Shown here: in pieces, positions 1 to 9,852 of the stretch
Layout of the letters: the number at the start of each line of letters is the position of its first letter
How positions within the stretch are numbered: the stretch's first letter is position 1
Assembly: GCA_963724645.1 (NCBI GenBank)
Contig: CAVRVJ010000003.1
Span: 1,141,074-1,205,073, forward strand
Direction of reading: 5' to 3'
Origin: an uncultured Acidobacteriota bacterium
Lineage (GTDB): Bacteria; Acidobacteriota; Vicinamibacteria; Vicinamibacterales; SCN-69-37
DNA: 64,000 nt
The notes under the pieces: model-generated
The model's input: the letters and a program-made list of their open reading frames with translations, nothing else
Databases searched by the model: none
Told to the model about the DNA's origin: nothing
Translations under genes and position numbers: made by a program

Positions 1-35
1 CAGTATAATCCGTGGCGTCCGGCCGCACCGTCCTT

Positions 36-1157
36 ATGCCCATCGATCGCCGCACGTTTCTCGCGGGCGCCGCCTTCCTGCCGGCGCTTTCGGCGCTCGA
101 CGCGCGCCGGATTCCGAAGTATCGGATCGTCACGAACTACAAGGCCGGAAAGCCCGGGATGCCGGGCGCCTATCCCGGCCGCGTCGTGACCGTGCACGCG
201 CCGGCGTGCATCGACGAGGCCACCGAACGGGTCGACGTGCCCACCGTGCGCACGATGATCGCGCGAGGCATGACGTCGCTCACGGGCGACCGCGATCCAC
301 GCGACAGTTGGGCGCGCTTCTTCAACAGCGAGGACTTCGTCGGCATCAAGGTCAACGCCTCCGGCGCGCCCGGCGCGATGTCGATGCCTGAGGTCGTCGC
401 CGAGATCGCAGCCAATCTGATCGACGGTCGGCGTGAAAGCCACGAACATCGTGATTCACGAGCGCGGCGGCGGCCAGATCCTGCTGCCGCACTACGAGCG
501 CTTCGTCCCGGCCGGCATCCGGATCGAGTCGGCGAACACCTGGCTTGGCTACGATCCCGACGTCTACGTCGAGACGAATTTCTTCGGCGAAGACGACACG
601 CGCTCGTACCTGATTCGCATGGTCACCGAGCACTTCACGAAGATCATCAACGTGCCGAACATGAAGGATCACAGCGCGTCGGGCGTGACCGGCTGCCTGA
701 AGAACATTGCCTACGGCGAGTTCAACAACGTCGCGCGCTCCCACTACAAGTTCCAGACCGAGACGCTGACGTTCATCGGGACGCTGGCGCGGGTCGAGCC
801 GATCCGGACGCGGACCGTGCTCAACATCATGGACGGCCTGCGCGGCGTGTGGCACGGCGGCCCGTTCTCGACGAACAAGCGCTATCGCTTCTATCCGAAG
901 CAGATGAAGTTCGGCACGGATCCGGTGGCGATCGACCGGCTGCTGATCGACGTCATCGACCAGAAGCGACAGGCAGGAGGGCGCGATTTCCGTCTGGGAG
1001 CGCGACCCGAAGTACTTCGGCAACACCGCAGCAATGGGAGGCCGACCCGAACGTCAACCGGTTCGTCCGTGAGACCGGGCATATCGAGTACGCGTCGACT
1101 CTCGGCCTTGGAACCTACGATCTCGCGAAGATTCGACACACGGAAATCACGCTATGA
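36..1157 (+). pseudogene. DUF362-domain protein with twin-arginine-type signal; reading frame broken about 3 times
   Basis: N-terminus MPIDRRTFLAGAAFLPALSA (alternative GTG at 12). Recognisable sequence hops between frames. 36-~420 is in the ORF 12..1157 frame. ~428-~975 is in the ORF 433..1449 frame (VGVKATNIVIHERGG...GTDPVAIDRLLIDVIDQK). ~975-~1035 is in the third frame (EGAISVWERDPKYFGNTAA). ~1035-1157 returns to the first frame (NRFVRETGHIEYASTLGLGTYDLAKIRHTEITL*). Family call is from memory of DUF362 proteins. Confidence 0.6.
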
Positions 1158-2111
1158 AATATCGGCGGTCTGCTGGTGGTCCGTCGCGTGCGGGATCGTG
1201 CTCGCCGGCGGCATCGGCTCGTCGTGGCGCCAGTCAATCCTCGCAGCCGCCGCGGATCTACGTCACGGACGCCGGATCCGCTCTGGTGGCCCAGGCACTC
1301 GCGCTTCCGGCGCCGGGCGGCGCCGAAGCCGCGCAATTTCGCGAGGTCCCGGCACCCGCGCTTCGCAACGCACCGAACAGCGGATACGCGCAGGCCACGT
1401 CGGCGCCGTGGGTCGAATCGAACGGGTGGCGGTTTCAGCGAGGCCTTGAAAAGGCCAGGTACGCAAAGGCTGCCTCCGGGCTCCGCACCGCTTGCCGCGG
1501 CCGAGGCCTTTGCCTTCGGCGTCGATGCGGTGCTCAATCCGGATCCCGCCGACGTGAAGGAACTCGGCAACGTCCTCGGATTCCTGAAGGCGCACACGCA
1601 GCCGCCGTTGCCGGCACTCGCGAACATCGGCGTGATAGACGATGGGTCGCCGGAGATGGGCGAAGTGCTCAACATGCTGACTCGCCGGAATCTGCTGTAC
1701 CGCGTCGTGACCCGGCCTGATCGTCAACTGGATCTCACGATCCAGTTGGGCACGCCGGATTTTCCGAAGAGCGCGGCCGCCAATCCCAGCGACCTGGCCG
1801 CGCGCGTGCGCGAAATGCTCGGCGACGACAAACGGCTGGTTCGGCTGTATGGAACCAGCACCGCCATCGCGCGTCTTACCGGCGACGGTGGGCACCTGCG
1901 GCTCTTCCTGCTGAGCTACAGCCGCAATCGCATCCAGCAGGACGTGCGCGTCCGCCTGCTGGGCCGGTTCCGGCCGGTGACCAGCGCGGCGTATTCCGCC
2001 ACGACGCCGGAAGTGAAATTGAGGGATGTGGAGCACCCGGGCAAATCCACCGAGTTCACGCTGCCGACGTTCAATACGATAGCGATCGTCGATCTGGAGG
2101 TCATGAGGTGA
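1154..2111 (+). pseudogene. hypothetical signal-anchored protein, about 3 frame changes
   Basis: ATG at 1154 overlaps the upstream stop (ATGA). The plausible product is MKYRRS, then AVCWWSVACGIVLAGGIGSSWRQS (hydrophobic anchor, ORF 433..1449 frame), then PRIYVTDAGSALVAQALALP...WVESNGWRFQRGLEKARYAKA (ORF 1154..1720 frame), then AAEAFAFGVDAVLNPDPADVKELGNVLGFLKA...TIAIVDLEVMR* (ORF 1176..2111). Shifts lie near 1170, 1240 and 1465. No family recognised. Confidence 0.45.
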
Positions 2112-2115
2112 GGCC

Positions 2116-2869
2116 ATGTCCAGACTGACGACAATCTTCCTGTTGGCGTTGGCCGCCGAGGTCGCGGCGGTTCAAGTTCAAGCGCCGCATCCGGCGCCGC
2201 CCGTCTTCAGCACCACTCACGTGGATCGGGATTTCGATCTGACCGCCGATCCCTCGAGCCGGAATGGGCGCACGCGCCCTCGGTCGAGATCTCGAGTGAC
2301 TACTTCGGGGCTCGCATCGCCGGTCCTCCTGACTGTCGTCCGCTCGCGATGGAGCGATCGGTATCTGTACCTGCTGTTCAGTTGTCCGTACGATCGAGCT
2401 GAACCTCAAGCCGAACCCGGACCCGTCGGCTGAGACGCCGCAGCTCTGGAACTGGGATGTCGCCGAGGTGTTCATCGGCTGGGATTTCGAGCACATCGGC
2501 CAGTACAAGGAGCTTCAAGTGTCGCCACAGGGCGAGTGGGTGGATCTGGACATCAACCGGGACGCCCCGAGGATGGCGGAGGGAATGAAATGGAACTCGG
2601 GCTATTCGGTCAAGGCCCGCGTCGATGGCGCCGCCAGGACGTGGTACGGCGAGATGCGCATCCCGTTCAGCGCGATCGACACTCGGCCGACACGGCCCGG
2701 ACTCGAGTTCCGAATCGGCCTGTACCGGATTGCTGGCACGGGCGAGAAGAAACACTACGCCTGGAGCCCGACGGGCAGGCCAATTTCCACGTGCCGGCGG
2801 CCTTCGGCATGCTGCGGCTGGAAGAAGCCATTCCCGGGCCCGAGGGCCCGGGGCTTCCTTCCTCGATAG
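2116..2869 (+). pseudogene. secreted carbohydrate-binding family 9-like (CBM9/DOMON-like) protein, several frame changes; 3' end uncertain
   Basis: Signal-like MSRLTTIFLLALAAEVAAVQ. Segments RSRWSDRYLYLLFSCPYD (ORF 2116 frame), ETPQLWNWDVAEVFIGWDFEHIGQYKELQVSPQGEWVDLDINRD...RTWYGEMRIPFSAID...EFRIGLYRIAG (ORF 2468 frame) and ANFHVPAAFGMLRLEE (ORF 2536 frame) resemble CBM9-like domains. A GC hairpin cccgggccc-gag-gggcccggg at ~2833-2853 sits at the gene end. Confidence 0.45.
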
Positions 2870-2898
2870 GGCGGCGGGCCTTGGGACCCACCCAAGTG

Positions 2899-3747
2899 TC
2901 AGGACTGCACCGATCCCGGCACGTCGACCCTCACCTTGAAGATCGAATTCCCGACCAGATAAAGCGTCTTCATGTCGGCGTCGCCGAAGGCCAGGTTGCG
3001 GGGATTGACGGGCACGGCGATCTTACCCAGGAGTTTGCCTGCCGGTGAGTAGACTTCGACACCGCCGGCGGCCACGTACAGGTTGCCGTTCGCATCCACG
3101 CGCATGCCGTCGGGACCGCCGCCGAGATTCGCGACCGCCACGCGCTCGTTTGAGACGCGGCCGGCCTGGTCCACGTCGTACGCGCGAATATTCTTCTCAT
3201 CCGTGTTGGCGACGTACAGGATCCTGCCGTCCGGCGAAAGTGCAATGCCATTGGGCCGGGTCTGCAGCCGCGCGATGGCTTCGAGTGCCCCTGCGGGCGT
3301 CAGGTGGTACACGCCATAGAAGTCGAGATCGCGCTGTTCGAGCGGCGTGAAGAGCGGGTCGGTGAAGTACACGTGGCCGTCGCGGCGCACGACGATGTCG
3401 TTGGGCGCGTTGAAGCGCTTCCCTTCGAACTTATCGACGAGCACCTCGACCCGGCCCTGGCGATCCGTGCGTGTCACTCGCCGCGACTTGTATTCGCAGG
3501 AGTAGAGCCGCCCCTGCGCGTCCAGCGTGTTGCCGTTGGTGCCGTGCGAATCCTCCCGGTAGATTTCCGGCGCCTTGCCCGGCACGTACTTGTACAGGCG
3601 ATCCCGGCTGTAGTCGCTGAAAATCAAGAACCCATCTCGCGACCAGACCGGCCCCTCGCCTCCAGGAAACCCTTCGGCAACCGGCTCGACCCGCAACCCC
3701 GAGAAACTCTGACTAGCCAGAATCGTGAACAGCAAGAACGTAAACAT
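2899..3747 (-). CDS. SMP-30/gluconolactonase/LRE-family lactonase, secreted
   Basis: Intact 282-aa ORF with signal-like MFTFLLFTILASQSFS. Typical six-bladed propeller motifs are present: EGPVWSRDG, NGNTLDAQGRLY, FNAPNDIVVRRDGHVYFTDP, PNGIALSPDGRILYVA, PDGMRVDANGNLYVA. Confidence 0.85.
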   Translation of the reverse strand: MFTFLLFTILASQSFSGLRVEPVAEGFPGGEGPVWSRDGFLIFSDYSRDRLYKYVPGKAPEIYREDSHGTNGNTLDAQGRLYSCEYKSRRVTRTDRQGRVEVLVDKFEGKRFNAPNDIVVRRDGHVYFTDPLFTPLEQRDLDFYGVYHLTPAGALEAIARLQTRPNGIALSPDGRILYVANTDEKNIRAYDVDQAGRVSNERVAVANLGGGPDGMRVDANGNLYVAAGGVEVYSPAGKLLGKIAVPVNPRNLAFGDADMKTLYLVGNSIFKVRVDVPGSVQS

Positions 3748-3926
3748 GGGGACGGGTTAGTTTTCCACAGATTCGGGGGGATTGGTGCCAGGTCTGCTGG
3801 GTCTTCCCTCGGTCGGCTCACCTGAATTGACCGGCGTCTTTGGCGGCTTCGTCCCGCCGACCGAAGGAAGACCCCAGCAGACCTGGCACCGATCCCCCCG
3901 AATCTGTGGAAAACTAACCCGTCCCC
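3748..3926. repeat. 179-bp near-perfect palindromic element (69/70-nt arms, 40-nt loop)
   Basis: Left arm 3748-3816 is ggggacgggttagttttccacagattcggggggattggtgccaggtctgctgggtcttccctcggtcgg. The right arm 3857-3926 is its reverse complement except for 2 substitutions and 1 indel. The element fills the apbE / SMP-30 intergenic space and overlaps the last 13 nt of apbE. Mirror-image peptides (GLVFHRFGGIGARSAG) appear in ORFs on both strands. Confidence 0.9.
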
Positions 3927-4888
3927 ATCCACGAACAGCTGTCATCGCAGAACACGACGCGAAAGCTGCGGGGCGTGTGGGCGGCCGTCCATGCGCGGCC
4001 GTTGACGAAGTACGGCTTGGCCCAGGCCTCGCTATCGATGGTCAGAGGCGCCACTACGGACACGGAGGCCGTGCCCTGCGCTGGGTAGCCCGTGCGTGGA
4101 TCCATGATGTGCGAATAGAGGCGTCCACCGGCGCGAAAGAATTTCTCGTAGCTGCCGGAAGTTGAAACCGACATGTTCTTCAGCCGCACCGTGGCGGCTG
4201 CCTGAAGCGGATCCGCTGGCGCCCGAACGGGCACCACCCATCCTGCCGGGTCGCCCGGAGGCGCGCCCAGGCCATAGATGCTGCTGCCGCCGGCCGACAC
4301 CAGCGCAATCTCAACGCCCTGGCGTCTGAGGACGTCGACCATTCGATCGACCGCATAGCCCTTGCCGATGCCGCCCGGATCGATTTCCACGCCGCGCCGG
4401 TCGAACTGAACCGTGCGGCGCGTGGGATCCAACCGCACGTGCCGATAGCCGACACGGGCGCGCGCATCCTCGATCTCCTCCGGCCGGGGCAACAGGCCCT
4501 CGCCCTTATAGAAGCCCCACACCTTCATGAGGGGTCCAACCGTGATGTCGAAGGCGCCTTCGCTCTGCTGGCTGTAGCCGAGACACGCCGACAACAGATC
4601 GAAGAGCTCCGGCGACACGACGACGGGATGTTCAGCCGCCTCCCGATTCACTCGGCTCCATTCGCTGTCGGACAGATAGTTGGAGAGCAGGCGATCGAGC
4701 CGATGCGCCTCGTCCATCGCTGCGCGCGACGAGCCCTCGAGCTGCCCGAGGTCGGTTCCGTAGGCGACGACCGAGAAGGTCGTCCCCATGGCGCCGTCCG
4801 AGAGTTCAACACGGACGAAATCAGCCGCCGCTCGAGAATTCGGCGCGGCGACGGAAAGGAGCAGGGCGAGGACGACGGCCCGCGTCAG
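3914..4888 (-). CDS. apbE: FAD:protein FMN transferase (ApbE family), probable lipoprotein/secreted; proposed CTG start
   Basis: ApbE motifs are present: AFDITVGPL, IDPGGIGKGYAVD, SGGSSIY, SVSTSGSYEKFF, SHIMDPRTGYP. The first ATG is at 4789. However, the frame stays open upstream and encodes a signal peptide, (L/M)TRAVVLALLLSVAAPNS. This is preceded by GAGGA 5 nt upstream of a CTG at 4886-4888. There is no ATG/GTG/TTG between the upstream stop and 4789. Confidence 0.85.
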   Translation of the reverse strand: MTRAVVLALLLSVAAPNSRAAADFVRVELSDGAMGTTFSVVAYGTDLGQLEGSSRAAMDEAHRLDRLLSNYLSDSEWSRVNREAAEHPVVVSPELFDLLSACLGYSQQSEGAFDITVGPLMKVWGFYKGEGLLPRPEEIEDARARVGYRHVRLDPTRRTVQFDRRGVEIDPGGIGKGYAVDRMVDVLRRQGVEIALVSAGGSSIYGLGAPPGDPAGWVVPVRAPADPLQAAATVRLKNMSVSTSGSYEKFFRAGGRLYSHIMDPRTGYPAQGTASVSVVAPLTIDSEAWAKPYFVNGRAWTAAHTPRSFRVVFCDDSCSWMGTG

Positions 4889-4937
4889 CGCGTTCCTCGT
4901 GCCTGTCGTATCTGTCGTACTCGTCTGTCCCTGGCTC

Positions 4938-7900
4938 TTACTTCAGCGACGCCAGGTACTCCAGCAGGTCCGCAATCTGCTGCATGGACAACGGATTGAG
5001 CAGACCCTCGGGCATCAGCGAGACGCGGCTCTCCTTGCGCGAGGCGACATCGGCCGGTTTGATCCGCTGCTGCTGGTTCGGCCCGATCAGCACCGTGATC
5101 TGATCCGGCCGCTCTTCGGCAATGAGCCCCGCCACGGTGTCGCCGTTCTTCATCGTGAAGGTCGTCGGCACGAACTCCGGCGAGATGCCTTCGCTTGGAT
5201 TGATGATGCTGTCGAGCAGCGCCTGTTTGCCGTACTTCGTCCCGATGTGCGACAAGTCGGGGCCGAGCTTCGTCGGGCCGCCGACGCTGTGACAGGCGGC
5301 GCAGATGGCGTCGGTGTCGAACACCTTCTTGCCTTCGGAGGCCTTCGCGCCGTAGTTCAAGTCGATCTCGAACGACGTCGGAATCCGCTTGGCCGACGGC
5401 GCCGGCAGCAGCTTGGCCGCCCGATCGCGCACCGCGATGTACGCCGGATCGGTTGGGACCCCGCCGCGCTGCCGGATCGTGACCGGCGACTGCGGACCGC
5501 CGCGGCGTCCACCTCGGCCTGCCGCCGCCGGCGGCATCGCGTTGTTGGTGAGGTTGCTCGCCAGCGTCTTGAGCTCGGCCGGCAGCGTGTTCTTCTCCGC
5601 CATGTCCAACACAGCGTTCAGGCCAGCGACCGATCCGGCCATGAGGCGCAGCGCCTCCGACCGCACTTCGTTGGGCGCGGTGCTCACGACGAGCGTCTGA
5701 GCCCAAACTTCCGTGCCTGGTCTGGCCAAGGGCGGCCACAGCGCGAACCGCCGCGACGCGAACAGGCGTCGGGCCGCTCTCGGCCAGCGCCTTGAAGTCC
5801 GCGAGCTTCTGCGCATCGCGTGCGTAGGAGAGCGAATCGATCGCCGCCGCGCGCGCCTCAGGCGTGGCCGCGGCGGTCTTGGCGAGCGTCAGCAACTCAG
5901 GGGCGAGCGCCGGATCGTTGAGCGAGTCGGCCAGGGTCACCGCGGCGCTCTGGGCGCCGGGCAGCGTGAACGCCTTGCGCATGATCGGCGCGAGCGACGG
6001 GCTCTTGCGCGCGTCGGTCCAGAGGCTGAAGAGCTGATGGCTGTAGACCTCGAACGCGTGCTCGGCCAGGGCCGGCGGAGTTGCCGACGCCAGGATGAAC
6101 GTCTCGACCGCGCGCGTCGCTTCCGGCCACTCCATGTTGCCGAGCGTGTCCAGGGCGACGGTCTTGTCGGCGGCCGGCGCCGACGCGCTGTTGAGCGTGG
6201 CGACGAGATCCGGGATCGCGGCCTTCGGCCGCATCTCCCACACCAGTTGGCCCATCTGGCCGGCGGGCCTCGGCGTGGTCTGCGCCTTGAGCCTCGCGTA
6301 GAGCGCGTCCTCGCGGCCGCGCGCGGCGATGCCAAGCGCCTCGAGATACCAGCGATCCTTGCCGTCGTACTGCGAGGCCAGCGTGGCCATCGCGTCGAGC
6401 CACTCGGCCGACGGCTGCACCTGCGCGGGATACGCGTAGGCCGGCAGCATCTTGGTCGGGTCCTGCAGCATCAACGCGATTTCGCGCCGGACTTTCGGCG
6501 CCGGATCGCGCAGGAACGGCTTGGAGAACGTGAGCATGTCGGCGCCGGTCGCACGCGCCACGCGCAGCCCGAGCACTCGGAAGTTCGGCTCGGCGCTCTT
6601 CATCGCTTCCTGAATCGCCGCCGATCCCGCGTCGCCCAGACCGCCGAGCAGCCACAGCGCGCGCGCCCTCAGAATCGGATCGGCGGTCTGCCGCCACATC
6701 GACTGCAGGAGCGACAGCGACGCCTGGCCCTTGCTCTTGATGGCGGTGTAGGCCAGAAACTGCGTCGACATGTTCCCCGATCTGAATGCGGCAGTCAGCC
6801 CTGCCGGCGTGTTCAGGTTGAGCGCCGGCACAGTCGGCTTGTTGCCGACCGGCGCGATCCGATACACACGCCCGCGCGTGCCATCGTCGCCCATCAAGTG
6901 GCCGCCGACGCCGGGGTCGTACCAGTCGGCGACAAACAGCGCGCCGTCCGGCGCGACAGCCACGTCAGATGGACGCGCCCACGTGTCGTCGCCGCCGTTC
7001 AGGATGTCTTCGCTGCGGCCTTCGAAGCCGGCGCCGCGTTCTTCGAGCGGATACATCGCGACGATGCGCTTGCCGGCATCGGCGTGCATCAGCTGGCCGC
7101 GATACTTCGCCGGCAGGAGCTTGCCTTCGTAGACGAGCAGACCGCAGGGCGAGCCGGCGCCGATGCGATAGAGGAGCGGTGCGACGCCCGGCAGTTCCTG
7201 ATGCCAGTGCGTGCCGTGGTCTTCACTCCACGTCTTGTTGAGCGGCCCGCGATAGCCGTAGTTGCCGCCTTCCATGTTGTACATGAGCCGCGTCCACGCG
7301 TACCCGTCATCGTCGTTGTCGGTTTGCCAGACGTTGCCCCACGAGTCGACGGCCACTTCGTACGGATTGCGGAAATTCTGGCCGAGCACCTCGAGGCCGG
7401 TGCCATCGGCGTTCATCCGCATCACGACGCCCTGGAAATACCCGGGGCCGGTCGGCGGTGTCGCCGGTGCCGGCGCGTTGCCCTGTCCGCCGCCTCCGCC
7501 ACCGGTCGCGGCCGGCGTCTGCATGAAGACGCGCTTGCCCGATTTGTCGGTGACGTCGAGCCCGGTGTTGCCCTGGTTGAAGTAGTACTTGCCGTCCGGT
7601 CCGAACTGGATCGCGTGCAGACCGTGATCGTGGTCGATGCCGTTGAAGCCCGTCAGCAGCACTTCCTTCTTGAGAATCTTGTCGTTGGCGTCCTTGGTGT
7701 AGACGATGATGTCGGGCGACTGGGCGACATAGACCTTGTCGCCGAGGACGGCGATGCCGAGCGGCACGCGAATCTTGGGATCCTGATCGAACACCTTGGC
7801 GTTGTCGGCCTTGCCGTCGTTGTTGGTGTCTTCGAGGATCACAATGCGATCGCCGGCGGGCCGGATGTCCGGCAATTGCCGCTGGGTGCGCCGGTAGTTG

Positions 7901-8109
7901 GCGCCCTCCAGCACCCAGACGCGGCCGCGCTCGTCGACGGTCATGTCCGTGGGGTTGGTCACCATCGGCTCGGAGGCGAACAGCTTCACCTCGAGGCCCG
8001 GCGCCGGCTTCAGTTGCGCGAGCGTCTGGTCCGGGGTCTGTTGACCACGCAGGACGGCGCCGACCGCGAAGACGACAAGAAGCAGGAAAAAAGGTGCGAC
8101 TCGTTTCAT
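4938..8109 (-). pseudogene. PVC-type membrane-bound-dehydrogenase-domain / HEAT-repeat / cytochrome c (CxxCH) protein, one frameshift near 5715-5722
   Basis: N-terminus MKRVAPFFLLLVVFAVGA, then LKPAPGLEVKLFASEP, DERGRVWVLE, NNDGKAD, HGLHAIQFGPDGKYY. This is the propeller-like dehydrogenase domain typical of Planctomycetes/Verrucomicrobia/Acidobacteria. A long HEAT-like middle section follows. The C-terminal 4938..5816 frame carries GKKVFDTDAICAACHSVGG...SLMPEGL...LEYLASLK*. The two frames join at ...VAALGQT / GTEVWAQTLVV. Confidence 0.75.
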
Positions 8110-8182
8110 GGCAATTGCCTCCGACCCGAACAGCCTGTTTCGAGCCGTATCATCCTATACTTTCGGGCTGGGGAGTCCAACC

Positions 8183-8830
8183 ATGAGAACAGGATTTGCA
8201 GCGACGCTCCTGCTGACGGCCGTGGCCGCGACGGCGGAGGCTCAGACATTGAAACTGACGGAACGTCTCGTCTTCCGGGACGGAGATACGGGCGCGCCGG
8301 CGGCCGGCTGGCAGATGACCGCCGTCAAGAAGGATCGCGGACCGCACGCGGGCACGAGCGCGATCGTCTGGACGAGGTCTGACGCCGGCGTCCCGCCGGG
8401 GGGCACGGAGTATCGGCTGATCGGCGCGCCGGGCCTCGGCACGCTGCCGACCGTGGATCTGCTCGGAATCCACTACATCCGGGTGCAACCGGAGAAGGGC
8501 GCCGGTTTCGAGAAGTTCGTGACCGAGAAGTTGAACCCCACCGTCGGCAAACTGCGTCCCGACCTGCGATTCCTCTACTACAAGAGTCAGAACGCGCCGG
8601 ATTACATCTGCATTGTGGCGCTGACCAAGGCCTCGCGCGACAAGTACTGGCCGAACGGATCGGACTCAGACGATCTCAAGGCCGCCTTCACACCGGCCAT
8701 CAGGGCACTGGCAACCGAACTGCAGACCTATCTCGTGGACGGCACCTGGGGGACCGGGATGACTGCCCAGGTGTATGAGGCGAAGGAATGGGCCGACTGG
8801 GTGGTTGTCACCGGAGGAAAGGGACCATAG
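8183..8830 (+). CDS. hypothetical secreted protein
   Basis: ATG at 8183 is preceded by GGGAG (8171-8175) and starts the signal MRTGFAATLLLTAVAATAEA. The ORF-track start at 8108 overlaps the upstream gene start and was not used. No family recognised. Confidence 0.6.
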   Translation: MRTGFAATLLLTAVAATAEAQTLKLTERLVFRDGDTGAPAAGWQMTAVKKDRGPHAGTSAIVWTRSDAGVPPGGTEYRLIGAPGLGTLPTVDLLGIHYIRVQPEKGAGFEKFVTEKLNPTVGKLRPDLRFLYYKSQNAPDYICIVALTKASRDKYWPNGSDSDDLKAAFTPAIRALATELQTYLVDGTWGTGMTAQVYEAKEWADWVVVTGGKGP

Positions 8831-8909
8831 GGGACGACTTTTGGCTTATTCTATTTCGCGCCTGCCGGGGAACCGGCTGGCCTATCAACAATTCACCCGA
8901 GGTACTGAT

Positions 8910-9752
8910 ATGAAATCGATCTCCAAGTGCGCCCTCGCCATCGTGCTGGCGTCGGCTCCGCTGCTGGCTCAGGGCGCCTGGAAGCAGCTCTTCAACGGCA
9001 AGGACTTCACAGGTTGGACCGTTCCGGCCGGCGGCGGCCGCGCCGGCGCGACGCCGCCCGCGACGCCGCCGTCGACCAATCCCGCGGAGCGTAGCTGGAA
9101 GGTCGACAACGGCGTGATCTCGAGCGTGCCGACCGCGGAGAGCAAGCAGCCGAGCGGCGGGCTCAGCACGGTCGACAAGTTCCTCGATTTCGAACTCGAG
9201 CTCGACTACAAGCTCGACGAAGCGCCGAACACCGACTGCACGCCGAAGCTGGGTCCCAAACCGGGCCGCAGTGGCGCGGTCGATCCGCAGGCCAACCTCA
9301 GCAAGGACGGCGCGTGCACGTTCAACAGCGGCATCAGCTTCCGATCCGGCTACCAGCTGAACCTCGGCCGCCGCGAGGCGGGCGAGTACGTCGGCGTCGT
9401 CGTCCATCGCCAGCTGCCGGAGGCCATCCGTGGCAACGTGGATTGGATTTCGACCGGTGATTGCGGCGCGAAGAACCACACCTACCTCCAGGACTGCAGC
9501 CAGTTCCCGGAGATCCGCAAGAAGGGCGACTGGAACCACATCCGCCTGATGTTCAAGGGCGATCACCTGCAGGTGTGGATGAACGACAAACAGATCACGG
9601 ACGTCACCGACAAGCCGATGGTCGACCAGTTCCCCGCGGAGAAGAGCTGGGGCGAGCCGCAGCCGATCAACCTCCAGTTCCCACCGGCCGGTGAGGGCGG
9701 CGGATTCCCGGGCAAAGTGCAGTACCGGAACATCCGCGTCCGCACGCTGTAA
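8910..9752 (+). CDS. DUF1080-domain (3-keto-disaccharide hydrolase family) secreted protein, copy 1
   Basis: Signal MKSISKCALAIVLASAPLLAQG, then WKQLFNGKDFTGW...W.V.NGVI...FLDFELELDYK...NSGISFRSGYQLN...WNHIRLMFKGDHLQVWMND...VQYRNIRVRTL. GAGG lies 7 nt upstream of the ATG. Confidence 0.8.
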   Translation: MKSISKCALAIVLASAPLLAQGAWKQLFNGKDFTGWTVPAGGGRAGATPPATPPSTNPAERSWKVDNGVISSVPTAESKQPSGGLSTVDKFLDFELELDYKLDEAPNTDCTPKLGPKPGRSGAVDPQANLSKDGACTFNSGISFRSGYQLNLGRREAGEYVGVVVHRQLPEAIRGNVDWISTGDCGAKNHTYLQDCSQFPEIRKKGDWNHIRLMFKGDHLQVWMNDKQITDVTDKPMVDQFPAEKSWGEPQPINLQFPPAGEGGGFPGKVQYRNIRVRTL

Positions 9753-9781
9753 CGGCAGCGGCGACAGACTACGGGCTACCG

Positions 9782-9811
9782 GGGGCGGCGCATGGGCGCC
9801 GCCCCTTTTTT
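9782..9811 (+). terminator. rho-independent terminator
   Basis: Perfect 10-bp GC stem ggggcggcgc / gcgccgcccc (9782-9791 / 9796-9805), 4-nt loop, followed by TTTTTT (9806-9811). It lies 30 nt after the stop of the first DUF1080 gene. Confidence 0.85.
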
Positions 9812-9852
9812 GTGCTGTAATGCGCGAATCACTCATTCCTCGAGGTACTGAC

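Noticed and set aside
5713-8382. Very long ORFs antisense to recognisable genes: 5713..8382 +, 17948..19876 +, 22472..24208 +, 39002..40240 +, 42382..44025 + and 55636..59127 - (1,163 aa).
   Set aside because: Each lies fully opposite a gene with clear family motifs. Their translations are Arg/Ala/Gly/Pro-rich low-information sequence, as expected for stop-poor mirror frames in about 70% GC DNA. None has a plausible start context.
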